This document shows, piece by piece, positions 40,587-50,001 of a DNA stretch of 64,000 nucleotides. The notes under the pieces were generated by a model. That model was not told the origin of the DNA, did not search any database, and saw only the letters and a list, made by a program, of their open reading frames with translations. Origin of the DNA: an uncultured Thermoanaerobaculia bacterium (GTDB lineage: Bacteria > Acidobacteriota > JBCCFW01); contig CAZTIW010000019.1 in the NCBI GenBank assembly GCA_964613915.1, forward strand, positions 8,240 to 72,239, in the 5' to 3' direction. Within the stretch, counting starts at the first letter, position 1; each line of letters opens with the position of its first letter. The translations under genes and the position numbers were made by a program.

Positions 40587-41186
40587 GTGACGGCTCCGCG
40601 CGCCGCCCCGCCGGAGGCCTGCCGCGTGAGCAAGAAGAGACCAGCCGCGACGCCACGCCGGCGCGCGCAGACGAAGTGGAGCGCCGCGGATCGCAGTCGC
40701 GCGTTTCACGAGTTCGTCGAGACGGACTCGCTCAGGGAGACCTCGCGCCGCACGGGAGTGCCCCTGGGCACTCTCGCGGGGTGGCTGGACGATCCCCAGC
40801 ACGCTGACGACCTCGAACGGATCCGAACGGCACACGCGCGCGCGGTGACGGAGGAGGACGGCCGCCTGGCGCGAGAGGCAGCCGCCGGCCTGCGCGAGGG
40901 CGTGTCGGTGTGTCGCGAGCTCCTGGGCCGACGCGGAAAGATCGTCGGGCCCGACGGCCAGGGACAGGACGTGCCCGCCTGCGACGGCAAGGAAGCCGCG
41001 GCGCTGACGAGAGCGCTCCTGCACACGAGCGTGGAGCTTGATCGGCGGGCCCGGCTCGGCCGGGGCGAGGCGACCGATCGTCTCGAGTTCGTGTCCGAGG
41101 AGGCGGCCGCGGTGAAGTCGGAGCTGGCCGGGCTCCTGGCCAAGCCACACGTGCAGAAGGCTCTCAAGCGGCTCGCGGCCGGCTGA
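40587..41186 (+). CDS. Putative phage terminase small subunit (HTH DNA-binding)
   Basis: Helix-turn-helix-like segment (SLRETSRRTGVPLGTLAGWL). Position immediately upstream of the terminase large subunit, with a 1-nt overlap. Confidence 0.5.
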   Translation: MTAPRAAPPEACRVSKKRPAATPRRRAQTKWSAADRSRAFHEFVETDSLRETSRRTGVPLGTLAGWLDDPQHADDLERIRTAHARAVTEEDGRLAREAAAGLREGVSVCRELLGRRGKIVGPDGQGQDVPACDGKEAAALTRALLHTSVELDRRARLGRGEATDRLEFVSEEAAAVKSELAGLLAKPHVQKALKRLAAG

Positions 41187-42652
41187 TGGCCGTGGCGGCC
41201 GAGCAGGCCGACGTCCTGCGCACCCTGCGGCTGCTGGACCGTCGCGCGGAGCTGACCCGCCGGTCGCCCATCGACTTCTACGAGGCCCTGCCGCACGGCC
41301 GGGCGTTCCACGACGCGCCGCACAAGGAGCGCTGGGTCGTCGGCGGCAACCGCTCGGGCAAGACCGAGATGGGCGCCGCCGAGGTCGTGCTGCTCGTCAC
41401 CGGCCGCGCGGACTGGTGGACGGAAGGGCCGCACGAGGTCTGGTGCTCGACGACGACGCACGCGAAGTCGGTGGAGGTCCAGCGCCCGAAGGTGCGCAAG
41501 TTCCTGCCGCCCGGCCTCATCAAGCGCTGGGTGCACGAGCACGACCCCCGGTCCGAGTCCGTCCTCGAGCTCACCAGCGGCTGGATCATCCGCTTCAAGG
41601 CCGACCAGCAGGGAGCGGAGGCCTTCGCCTCCGGCTCGGCCGCCCTGGTCTGGCACGACGAGGAGCCCTCGCCCGGGGTCTTCGACGAGTCGCGCATGCG
41701 GACCATCGACTGCCGAGGCCGCATCGTCGTCACCTTCACGCCGACGAACGGACTGCGGTGGAAGGACGCCTACGAGCGGATCTACCTGCGCTGGCTGGCG
41801 TTCAGGGCCAGGCACCCGAAGGCGAAGTGGGGCGCCATCTCCGAGCACGTCTTCGTCGTGACCGCGGCGACCGAGGACAACCCCTGGGTGCCTCCGGATG
41901 AGATCGCCATCATCCGCAAGGAGTGCGCGCACCGACCCTCGCTGCTCCGGGCCCGGCTCGGGGGCGAGTGGATCGACATCACGGAGGACTCGATCGTGCC
42001 CGTCGACGACCTGCTGCTCTGGAGCGTTGCCCCTCCGGCCTGGCGCCGGAAGGTCGGATGGATCGACACCGCGAGCTCGAGGCGCGACACCGCCTGCGAG
42101 TTCGCGATCGCGTCAGCGGGCATGGGCCCCGAGGGCGGGCTGTACCTGATCGACTACCGGCACGGGAAGTACGACGCCCACAAGCGCATGAAGATCAGCC
42201 TCGACTTCATCGCCCAGGAGCAGCTGACGCTCGTCTTCACGCAGGACCCTCGAGGCGACGCGCTCTTCGCGGACCACCTCAACGACCGGCTGCGCCAGGC
42301 GGCCTCCCCGTGCGTGGTGAAGCTCTTCCCGTACGACGGTCCGATCCCGAGCAAGGAGGAGCGCGCCCAGGTCCTGGCATCCTACGTCGGCGCGCAGCGC
42401 GTCTTCGTGCGGCCCGAGCACGCGGACTTCCGGGCCGAGGCGGCCTCGTTCCCGGCGGGCGCCACGAACGACCTGTTCGACGCCTGCATGGGGGCGCTGA
42501 TGGCGCTCCTGGCCATCCCGGACGCCTCGATCATGGCCGACGCCATCCGCGGCCAGGTGCGCAGGGACGAGCGCGGGCGCCGCCGGGGGCAGGGCGAGGA
42601 CCTGCTCTACCAGCCGAGCGGGCACGGGGGTATCCTGCGCGAGAGGCTCTAG
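41186..42652 (+). CDS. Phage terminase large subunit
   Basis: Walker A GGNRSGKT, Walker B VWHDEEP, and a C-terminal RNaseH-like nuclease domain pattern. Confidence 0.85.
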   Translation: MAVAAEQADVLRTLRLLDRRAELTRRSPIDFYEALPHGRAFHDAPHKERWVVGGNRSGKTEMGAAEVVLLVTGRADWWTEGPHEVWCSTTTHAKSVEVQRPKVRKFLPPGLIKRWVHEHDPRSESVLELTSGWIIRFKADQQGAEAFASGSAALVWHDEEPSPGVFDESRMRTIDCRGRIVVTFTPTNGLRWKDAYERIYLRWLAFRARHPKAKWGAISEHVFVVTAATEDNPWVPPDEIAIIRKECAHRPSLLRARLGGEWIDITEDSIVPVDDLLLWSVAPPAWRRKVGWIDTASSRRDTACEFAIASAGMGPEGGLYLIDYRHGKYDAHKRMKISLDFIAQEQLTLVFTQDPRGDALFADHLNDRLRQAASPCVVKLFPYDGPIPSKEERAQVLASYVGAQRVFVRPEHADFRAEAASFPAGATNDLFDACMGALMALLAIPDASIMADAIRGQVRRDERGRRRGQGEDLLYQPSGHGGILRERL

Positions 42653-42816
42653 ACCGTCTTCACGGGCTTTTGGAGCCAGACGTCCACCGCGCCACCGACG
42701 CCTGGGGTAACGGCCACGATGGAATAGCCCTTGAGTCCGAGTGACTTCACTTTCAACTTGAACGCTTCGTCGTTTGGGCTGCCGTGCGCGATCTCGATGC
42801 TGACTCCGTCCTTCAT
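42649..42816 (-). CDS. 55-aa hypothetical protein: a low-GC, convergently oriented small ORF inside the prophage
   Basis: MKDGVSIEIAHGSPNDEAFKLKVKSLGLKGYSIVAVTPGVGGAVDVWLQKPVKTV. Strong SD (GGAGG-N5-ATG). About 58% GC against a roughly 70-72% background. Below the ORF-track length cutoff. Coordinates are ±1 nt. Confidence 0.4.
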   Translation of the reverse strand: MKDGVSIEIAHGSPNDEAFKLKVKSLGLKGYSIVAVTPGVGGAVDVWLQKPVKTV

Positions 42817-42982
42817 GTGAGCCTCCGGGGGAAGACGGGAGTCTACTGCCCAGCGCCCGAACTTGTCCTGGGCGGGGGTTCTCGCTCGTTACCGGGGTAG
42901 AATCGTCGAGCCTCACGCCCGCGATGCCGAGGCTCACCGCCCGGGCGACGGCCGCGCACGCCGCTCAGCTCGGAGCGCTGCC

Positions 42983-43306
42983 GTGCCTCTCAGTCCCGCC
43001 CTCCCGGCCGTCCAGGTCATCGCCGTCCTCGATCGCGAGGGGCCGGCTGGCGTCGTGTCCGGCCCCCCGCCCGTTGCAGCACCCCCTCCACGCCCGCCCT
43101 CGGTCCGTGACCCGGACCCTCCCACGCGGCGCGCTCCGAGCGGGCATCCCGGCACGCGCTGCGCGGCGTGCGCGCACCCCCGGAGCGAGCACCACGATCA
43201 CGGCGCCTGCACCCGCCGGCGCCTGGCCGGGGATGTCCCTGGCCGCCGGGGCCAGCGCTTCGTCGAGCGCTGCGCCTGCGGCCGCTTCGAGGAGCTCGCG
43301 CAGTGA
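42983..43306 (+). CDS. Small Cys/His-rich (putative zinc-binding, possibly degenerate HNH-like) protein between terL and portal
   Basis: GTG start with GGAG 7 nt upstream. C-terminal CAACAHPRSEHHDHGAC...RCACGRF. Pro-rich N-terminal half. Confidence 0.4.
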   Translation: MPLSPALPAVQVIAVLDREGPAGVVSGPPPVAAPPPRPPSVRDPDPPTRRAPSGHPGTRCAACAHPRSEHHDHGACTRRRLAGDVPGRRGQRFVERCACGRFEELAQ

Positions 43307-45897
43307 GCCGGCGCCGCTCCCAGCAGGCCCGGCCGCGGTCGCACCGCGAGGCGCTCGACGAGGCCATCGCGCGGGTCGGGCCGTCCGCCCTCGCGCTCGC
43401 TGACGACCCGCAGGCCACGCCGGCGGACGGCAAGCGCAAGGAGGCGCCGGCCACGCCGCGCCTGGGCACGCACGGCCAGAACTACGCCCAGGGCATCCTC
43501 GGCGAGGAGTGGAACGAGGAGCTCCAGGACTGGGACTCGCGCATCGCCAAGCTCGAGGAGCTCTGGCGCGGCGACTCGGTCGTCTCGGCGACGCTCCGCC
43601 GGCCGCGGACGTCGATCCTGCGGGCGACGTGGGCCATCGAGGCCGGAGAGGGCGTGCCGCTCCTTCCGTCCGCCCGTGCGTCCGGTGCCGCCGCGGCGCC
43701 TGACGAGGACCGCACGGCCCTCGCCTCGATCGTGCTGCAGGCCAACTTGCTGGGCATCGGCCCCGCCGAGTACCGCATGCGCACGACCTGGATCCAGGCG
43801 CTGCGCGAGGCCTACAACTCCCGGCCGCTGGGCGTGTCGTTCTTCGAGAAGACGCACCGCCTGGCCGCCGGTCCGCTCGGCACCTTCCAGGTCATCGACG
43901 GCCTGTACTGGATGCACCCGAAGTCGATCACGAAGCTCTTCATCGACCGGAACGGCGCCCTGCTCGGCGTGCTCCAGGAGTGGAAGGCGTCGTACTTCGA
44001 GGGCACGCCCGACGAGAACGCGACGGCGAAGGAAGAGGACATCAAGCGCGTCGTCGCGGCCGAGGACCTCTTCATCGTCGTGTGCGACCTCGAGGGAAGC
44101 AACTTCCTCGGCTACCCGCGCACGCGGCCCATGTGGGCGGATGCCAAGCGCCGGAACTACCTGAGCCAGGCGCAGCTCGTCGACGCGCAGAAGCGCGCGG
44201 TGGGGATCCCGTACGTCAAGCTCGGTGCCAACGCGCAGGGCGAGGCGAAGGAGTTCGCGATCACGCAGGCCAAGCGCCTGCGCGAGGGCGGCAACGAGCT
44301 CTCGTACGTCGTGATGATGGACGGCGACGAGGTCGGGTTCCTGGACATGCGGGCGAACGTGCCGGACCTCAACGAGGTGATCCGGCAGCAGGAGGCTCGC
44401 ATCCGGGCGGCCGGGGCCCAGGAGCAGTTCAACCTCGGGCAGGAGGGCACGGGCGGCTCGCGTGCGGTCGCGTCGGTCAACAGCGAGTACTACGACATCG
44501 ACGTCGAGTCGACGGCCGAGGAGATGCGCTCGGACTTCCAGCGCCAGCTCGTCGAGCCGCTCGCGATCATGAACTTCCCGGACGTGCCCACGCCGCAGCT
44601 GCGCGTGGCGAACCTGTCTCCCCCGAACATCGGGGCGATCACGCAGCTCGCCGGCGCGAAGGGGCTGCGCTTCCGGGGCAAGGACGAGCAGCACTTCCGG
44701 CGGATCTACAAGCTGCCGCTGCTCACCGACGAGGAGCTCGCCGAGGACGAGGAGATGTCCCGTGCGGCGCGGCAGCGCCTGCTCGAGGGTGGCTTCGGAG
44801 CAGGCGACGACGGAGACGACGGGGACGATGACGGCGACCGGCCGCCGAGGGGCAAGGGCATGCCGCCGGCGAAGGGCAAGACGCCGGCGAAGCCCGCCCC
44901 GGAGGGGAAGCCCGCGCGGGAGCCGGCAAGGGATGACCGGGACGGGGGGCCGCGGCGCCTGGCCGGCGCGCTCGAGCGCGGCGTCGTTGTCGAGGGCATC
45001 GCCCGCCGGCTGTGGCGCGAGCCCACGCCGCACGAGGGCCGCTTCCTGCGCCTGGCGGACATCGAGCGTGGCTTCGATGACTTCATGCGCGACTGGGTCC
45101 AGCAGGTCCGGTCGCTGCGCGAGGCCGCCATCCTCGAGGGCATCCGCAAGACCCGGGTCTCGCAGAAGCGCGCCATCGTCGGGCGCCTCCGTTCGGCGCC
45201 GCTCACTGATGTCATCAGCGAACTCGGCCGGCGCATGCGCGAGCAGGGCAGGCAGAGCGCCTGGACGGAGATCGCCCAGCAGGTCCGCGAGCTGAGCGGC
45301 GCCGACGGGGCGGCGTTCGACGACGACGACCGCGCGGACGAGGAGGCGGTGCGCGAGCTGCTCGAGCGCGCGCCCGAGCGCTCCCGGGCCCGGCGCGTGG
45401 AGGCCCCCAGCGACGTCGTCACGGAGCTGCAGCAGGAGGCGGACGTCCGCGTGGCCTTCGACGTGGAGAAGATCCTCGAGGACGTCATCCGGGGCATCGA
45501 GCGCACGATGCTGCAGTCCCTCGAGGAGGGCATGACCGAGGACGAGGCGCTCGACGCGACGCGCCGTGCGCTCATCGGCAAGTCGGACTTCGACCTGCAG
45601 TCGCTGGCGCGCGGGCACGCGTCGAAGAACTTCAACGACGGGCGCGCGGAGGTGGCCGCGCAGGTGCGCGCGACGCTCGAGAAGTCGCCCGAGTCCGGGC
45701 TGAAGCTCGGCACGGTCGTGCGGTCCGAGATCCTCGACGACGCCACGTGCGACACGTGCGAGAGCCTGGACGGCAAGGTCATCGAGATCGACTCGGACGA
45801 CTACTGGGAGTACATGCCTCCGAACAAGTGCCAGGGCGGCAGCAGGTGCCGGGGGTTCTACGTGCTCGTCGTCGAGCGCGTCGCGAGGGCTGCATGA
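43303..45897 (+). CDS. Phage portal protein fused to a Mu gpF/SPP1 gp7-like head-morphogenesis domain, via an acidic GD-rich linker
   Basis: GTGA overlap with the upstream gene. 864 aa. Middle linker GAGDDGDDGDDDGD. C-terminal domain with CDTCESLDGKV...C...C, typical of the Mu F-like minor head protein family. Confidence 0.65.
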   Translation: MSRRRSQQARPRSHREALDEAIARVGPSALALADDPQATPADGKRKEAPATPRLGTHGQNYAQGILGEEWNEELQDWDSRIAKLEELWRGDSVVSATLRRPRTSILRATWAIEAGEGVPLLPSARASGAAAAPDEDRTALASIVLQANLLGIGPAEYRMRTTWIQALREAYNSRPLGVSFFEKTHRLAAGPLGTFQVIDGLYWMHPKSITKLFIDRNGALLGVLQEWKASYFEGTPDENATAKEEDIKRVVAAEDLFIVVCDLEGSNFLGYPRTRPMWADAKRRNYLSQAQLVDAQKRAVGIPYVKLGANAQGEAKEFAITQAKRLREGGNELSYVVMMDGDEVGFLDMRANVPDLNEVIRQQEARIRAAGAQEQFNLGQEGTGGSRAVASVNSEYYDIDVESTAEEMRSDFQRQLVEPLAIMNFPDVPTPQLRVANLSPPNIGAITQLAGAKGLRFRGKDEQHFRRIYKLPLLTDEELAEDEEMSRAARQRLLEGGFGAGDDGDDGDDDGDRPPRGKGMPPAKGKTPAKPAPEGKPAREPARDDRDGGPRRLAGALERGVVVEGIARRLWREPTPHEGRFLRLADIERGFDDFMRDWVQQVRSLREAAILEGIRKTRVSQKRAIVGRLRSAPLTDVISELGRRMREQGRQSAWTEIAQQVRELSGADGAAFDDDDRADEEAVRELLERAPERSRARRVEAPSDVVTELQQEADVRVAFDVEKILEDVIRGIERTMLQSLEEGMTEDEALDATRRALIGKSDFDLQSLARGHASKNFNDGRAEVAAQVRATLEKSPESGLKLGTVVRSEILDDATCDTCESLDGKVIEIDSDDYWEYMPPNKCQGGSRCRGFYVLVVERVARAA

Positions 45898-47207
45898 CCG
45901 ACTCGAGAGACCGCCTCCGGACCTGCGTCCCCCTGGTCATCCCGGGCCTGGTGGAGGCCGCGGCCTGGCGCGACTCCGACGAGCGCTGGCTTGCTGCCGT
46001 GCTGGAGGAGCTCGAGCGCGAAGTCGTCACCGTCGGCGGACGCTCGACGGGGCCGGACACGCGCGACCTGGGGGACGGTCGCGTCGAGACGACCATCGAG
46101 CTCCTGCGCGCGGGGAACTTCGTTCACCGGTCGCAAGGGAAGTTCTCGGTAGACGGTCGCGTGCTGGACGAGATCGTCGCCAACTTCGCCGCGGACTCCC
46201 ATATGGGTGGCCATCCGCACGCCGTCTTCATCACCATCGGTCACCCGGCGGGAGAGCTGGACGGCAAGCCGGCAGCCGGGTGGATCACCGATGTCTGGCG
46301 GCTCGGGGATAGCGTTTTCGGCCGGATCACGCTCAACGCGAAGACCGTCGAGATGATCCGGGCGGGCGAGTTCAAGTACTTCAGCCCGGACTTCCACGTG
46401 CGCAACTGGACCGACGAGACCGGTAGGATCGTCGGCGCCAAGCTCCACTCGGGAGCTATCACCAACTTCCCCTTCATCAGGGGAATGGCACCGTTCCAGC
46501 TTTCCGCGCTGCTGGGCGATGCAGGAGACGACGAGATGTCCCTGACGCCCGACCAGGTGAAGACGATGGTCACCGAGCAGGTGACCGCACTCGGCACGCA
46601 GCTCCGGCAGGACCTCGCCAAGGACGTGGGCAGCGCCATCAAGGCCCAGCTCGCGGACGCGACGAAGGACCTCTCCAGGCAGGTCGCCGAGAACCTCAAG
46701 GCCAGCGCCGACGCGGCGTCCAGCTCGGGCGGGCCCGACCTGAAGACGCTGTCCGACACGGTCCGGGGCCTCGAGGGCAACCTGCAGAAGGCCCTCGCGG
46801 ACAACAAGCGCCTCTCCGACGCGCTGGGGTCCACCAACGAGGTGCTCGAGGCTCGCGACGTGACCGACCTGGTGGAGCGCGGCCTGCGGGCCGGCAAGCT
46901 CACCGCGGGCGAGGCGCCGGGCTTCGGCACCGACTCGTGGGACGCCCTGAAGTGGCTCAAGGACGACGGCCGCTTCGCCACCGTCAGCCACCTGCGGACG
47001 CACATCGCGAAGGCGCCCGTGGTGGTCAAGCTCAGCGACGCGGGCAACCCGGGTTCCGGCGCCGCGAACGCCGGCGGCACGCAGGGCGGCGGCTCGAAGG
47101 AGCCCGCGCACCTGCGGCTGTCCGACGACGAGGCCAAGCGGCTGGGCTTCAAGGACTCGGCCGACTTCGACCGCCTGGCCGCCGCGCACGACGCTCCGGC
47201 GGCCTGA
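45894..47207 (+). CDS. Mu gpI-like prohead protease/scaffold protein
   Basis: ATGA overlap with portal. N-terminal protease-like domain followed by a long coiled-coil/Ala-Lys-rich scaffold-like region, as in Mu gpI/Z. Confidence 0.6.
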   Translation: MTDSRDRLRTCVPLVIPGLVEAAAWRDSDERWLAAVLEELEREVVTVGGRSTGPDTRDLGDGRVETTIELLRAGNFVHRSQGKFSVDGRVLDEIVANFAADSHMGGHPHAVFITIGHPAGELDGKPAAGWITDVWRLGDSVFGRITLNAKTVEMIRAGEFKYFSPDFHVRNWTDETGRIVGAKLHSGAITNFPFIRGMAPFQLSALLGDAGDDEMSLTPDQVKTMVTEQVTALGTQLRQDLAKDVGSAIKAQLADATKDLSRQVAENLKASADAASSSGGPDLKTLSDTVRGLEGNLQKALADNKRLSDALGSTNEVLEARDVTDLVERGLRAGKLTAGEAPGFGTDSWDALKWLKDDGRFATVSHLRTHIAKAPVVVKLSDAGNPGSGAANAGGTQGGGSKEPAHLRLSDDEAKRLGFKDSADFDRLAAAHDAPAA

Positions 47208-47297
47208 GCCGCCTCCCTCTCCGCGCCACCTGATCCAGTTCCAGCATAGAGCCAGGCCACCGCGCAGGCAGGGCTCCCATCCGGGAGACCGACTGCA

Positions 47298-47735
47298 ATG
47301 GCTGTTCTGACCAAGCCCGTCGAGGTCGTGCACGAGTACGGCCGCATCGTGAAGTACAAGGCGGCCGTCGCGGACGACTTCTTCGCGGGAGCCGTCGTCT
47401 CGCTCACCGACGACAAGGTCACTCCCGTGTCGGCCTCCGGCAAGGAGGGCTGCGGGATCGTCGTCAAGACGAAGCTCGGCGCTGCGGTCGACGACATCAT
47501 CGAGGTCCTCATCGGGGGCCGCGTGCGCATCGACGGCCCGACGGTGGCGGCCACCGACTGCTGGACGATCATGTACGTCGACGTCAGCGCGGGCAGCGAC
47601 AACCCGGCGGACCTGCTGCCCAACTCGGCCGCGGCGACCGGCGACCAGCCGCTCGGCCTCATCGACCGGTTCGTCAGCACCACGAGCTGCTGGGTGAACC
47701 TCGACATCAAGACGGCGCCCGCCGCGCGCGCCTGA
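47298..47735 (+). CDS. Small head protein (possible decoration or DUF2190-like) between protease and major capsid
   Basis: 145-aa beta-rich protein in the conserved position between the protease/scaffold gene and the major capsid gene. Confidence 0.45.
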   Translation: MAVLTKPVEVVHEYGRIVKYKAAVADDFFAGAVVSLTDDKVTPVSASGKEGCGIVVKTKLGAAVDDIIEVLIGGRVRIDGPTVAATDCWTIMYVDVSAGSDNPADLLPNSAAATGDQPLGLIDRFVSTTSCWVNLDIKTAPAARA

Positions 47736-47791
47736 TCCGCACGCTCACGCTTCACCGCGCGCTGGTTCCTGGCTCTCACTGAGGAGCAGAC

Positions 47792-48763
47792 ATGGCCTTC
47801 GCTGGCACCGACCACGAGATCATCCGGAAGACCGCCAAGGCGACCTTCGTGCGCGAGGCTGCCAAGCCCCCGCAGGTCGACTTCTCGCCGTTCGTCGTCG
47901 ACCTCGAGACGGACAGCGGCGAGGTGGACATCGGCCACTGGGGAGCGCTGCCGCTGCCCAGGCAGTGGCGGGACTCGCGCGCGATCCGCAGCGTGAAGAG
48001 CTTCACGCACCGCATCGCGACCGAGCTGTGGGACCACAGCCTCGGCTGGAAGGAGGACACCTTCCGCCGGGACAAGACCGGCACGGCCGCGAAGCGCGCC
48101 TCGGGGATGGCCGCCAAGGCGCAGGAGTGGTACGCCGAGCGCTTCACGCGCCTGCTCGAGAGCGGCAACGCCTCGACGTACGGCGTCTGCTACGACGGCC
48201 GCAACCTCTTCGCGACCAACCACGACGAGAGCGGGTCGAACCAGTCGAACCTGCTCACGCGGGACATCGTCGACCCCAACGCGCCGACGCTCGCGGAGTT
48301 CGAGGCCGGCTTCATCGCCGCGCGCACGGCGCTCCGGAGCCTCAAGGACGACCAGGGCAACCCCGGCAACTTCCCCAACGGCCTGGTGGCCATGGTGCCC
48401 CCGAACTACGAGGGCGTCGCGGCGCAGGCGCTCAACCGCAACGGCACGCTCGGCGGGGACGACCCGGGCGCGGGCGTGCGCACGGACTCGGGCCAGGCCT
48501 CCGGCCTCGTCCGCGGCCAGGCCCAGGTGGTGGTCAACCCCTGGTTCTCCGTCACCGACCGCTGGGTGCTTCTCGCGAATGGCGGCATCGGCGACGCGGG
48601 CCCGCTCGCGCGCGTCCGCGAGCGCGACTTCCGCATCGCGGTCTTCGACCCGAGCAACTCGGCCGAGCACGCGCGCAACCTGACGATCGAGTACCTCGGC
48701 GACGCCGAGATCGGCTTCGGGTACGCGCTCTGGCAGCGCGCCGTGATGGTGCTCAACACCTGA
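47792..48763 (+). CDS. Major capsid protein, Mu gpT-like
   Basis: About 323 aa. Position after protease/scaffold and the small head gene. SD GAGGAG upstream. Mu T-like features (NPWFSVTDRW, C-terminal GFGYALW). Confidence 0.65.
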   Translation: MAFAGTDHEIIRKTAKATFVREAAKPPQVDFSPFVVDLETDSGEVDIGHWGALPLPRQWRDSRAIRSVKSFTHRIATELWDHSLGWKEDTFRRDKTGTAAKRASGMAAKAQEWYAERFTRLLESGNASTYGVCYDGRNLFATNHDESGSNQSNLLTRDIVDPNAPTLAEFEAGFIAARTALRSLKDDQGNPGNFPNGLVAMVPPNYEGVAAQALNRNGTLGGDDPGAGVRTDSGQASGLVRGQAQVVVNPWFSVTDRWVLLANGGIGDAGPLARVRERDFRIAVFDPSNSAEHARNLTIEYLGDAEIGFGYALWQRAVMVLNT

Positions 48764-48815
48764 TCCCCACGAGGGGCGCCCGGCTCGCGGGCGCCCCGCA
48801 CCCCAGGAGACGACG

Positions 48816-49463
48816 ATGCCGTTTCGAGTGCGCACCATCGGCGAGGAGGGCCGCTTCGGCCCCTTCGTCACCATCGCCGGCTACGACCTGACGGGCGAGC
48901 CGCAGGTCTTCCTCGGCGAGCACGACGAGGATCTCGGCTTCGGCGTGCCGCCCGTCGAGCTCGTCGAGGCGGCCGGCGTCGGGCTCGAGACGCTCGGGGG
49001 CCAGCCGTGGCCGGGCTCGCACCTGGACCGCAACGGCAGGGGCGCGGGCAAGAACGCCATGCTGCACGCCTTCCGGGACGGCGAGTGGCCCGACGAGGCC
49101 GAGCTGGTGCTGCAGGCCAACGTCACGGCCAAGCACGACCCGAAGACGCGGGCGGCGGTGCTCAAGCAGCACTTCCTGCGCCAGGGCCTGACGGAGGAGC
49201 AGGCCGAGCGCGAGACCGAGCGCCGCGTGCGTCCCGGCCGCGACTCCGAGCTGCTCGACGGCGTCGAGCCGATCAAGCCGCGCAAGCGGCCGGCGCGCGC
49301 GCTGCCCGCGGCCTCGCGGCAGGGGTCCGAGCCGCCCGACCAGGGCGATGCTCCGGACGGCGATGCCCCGGACGGCGAGCTCACGCCCGCCGCGGCGCAA
49401 GCGCGGCGCGAGGCCAGCGGCAAGGCCAGCGGCAAGGGGTCGCGCGCTACCAAGCGCTCGTGA
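48816..49463 (+). CDS. Hypothetical phage head-region protein with a Pro/Asp-rich C-terminus
   Basis: Same-strand ORF with good codon usage. C-terminal low-complexity PDQGDAPDGDAPDGE. Confidence 0.4.
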   Translation: MPFRVRTIGEEGRFGPFVTIAGYDLTGEPQVFLGEHDEDLGFGVPPVELVEAAGVGLETLGGQPWPGSHLDRNGRGAGKNAMLHAFRDGEWPDEAELVLQANVTAKHDPKTRAAVLKQHFLRQGLTEEQAERETERRVRPGRDSELLDGVEPIKPRKRPARALPAASRQGSEPPDQGDAPDGDAPDGELTPAAAQARREASGKASGKGSRATKRS

Positions 49464-49480
49464 GCGCGGCGAGCTGAGCC

Positions 49481-49999
49481 GTGCCCGCCTACGACGAGAC
49501 GCGCGCCTTCTGCGCCGAGGAGGACGTGAGCGCGTACGGCGGGTGGACCTGGACTGACGCCTCGCCCGAGAGCACGCCCAGCGCGACGGAGGTGAGGGGG
49601 TTCGCCTACGCGAAGGCCTCCGAGCTCGTGCAGGCGACGCAGCGCGCCGGGCAGCGGATCCAGCCGCCGGCGTCGGGCATCGCCGACGCGCACCTGGCCG
49701 AGGTCCTCAAGGAGGCCAACGCCAAGGGCGCCGCGTACGAGGCCTGGCGCGTGATGGCCGCCAGGAATCCCGACGACTTCGCCATCGAGCAGCGCGACCA
49801 GCTGCGCGCGGACTACCTGGCCCTGCGCGGCTTCTACGACGAGTCCGGCACGTGGGTGCCGGGCGCCATCGGCGCGGCCGTCGAGTCCGCCACGCAGGCG
49901 CGGGTCATCAGCAACGACGTGACGGGCGGCGAGACCATCCTGCCCGTGCACGACGCGGAAGAGCGGCCGTTTCCGTTCACCATGACCGACAGGCTCTGA
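49481..49999 (+). CDS. Hypothetical phage protein (possible head-tail connector or Mu gp36-like)
   Basis: GTG start. Conserved position between capsid and the virion-morphogenesis genes. Confidence 0.4.
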   Translation: MPAYDETRAFCAEEDVSAYGGWTWTDASPESTPSATEVRGFAYAKASELVQATQRAGQRIQPPASGIADAHLAEVLKEANAKGAAYEAWRVMAARNPDDFAIEQRDQLRADYLALRGFYDESGTWVPGAIGAAVESATQARVISNDVTGGETILPVHDAEERPFPFTMTDRL

Positions 50000-50001
50000 A
50001 C

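Noticed and set aside
44800-44845. GAC/GGN-rich acidic repeat (GAGDDGDDGDDDGD) in the portal-F fusion as a separate repeat element
   Set aside because: It is simply a short, low-complexity, in-frame linker. It is not long or regular enough to count as a tandem repeat feature.
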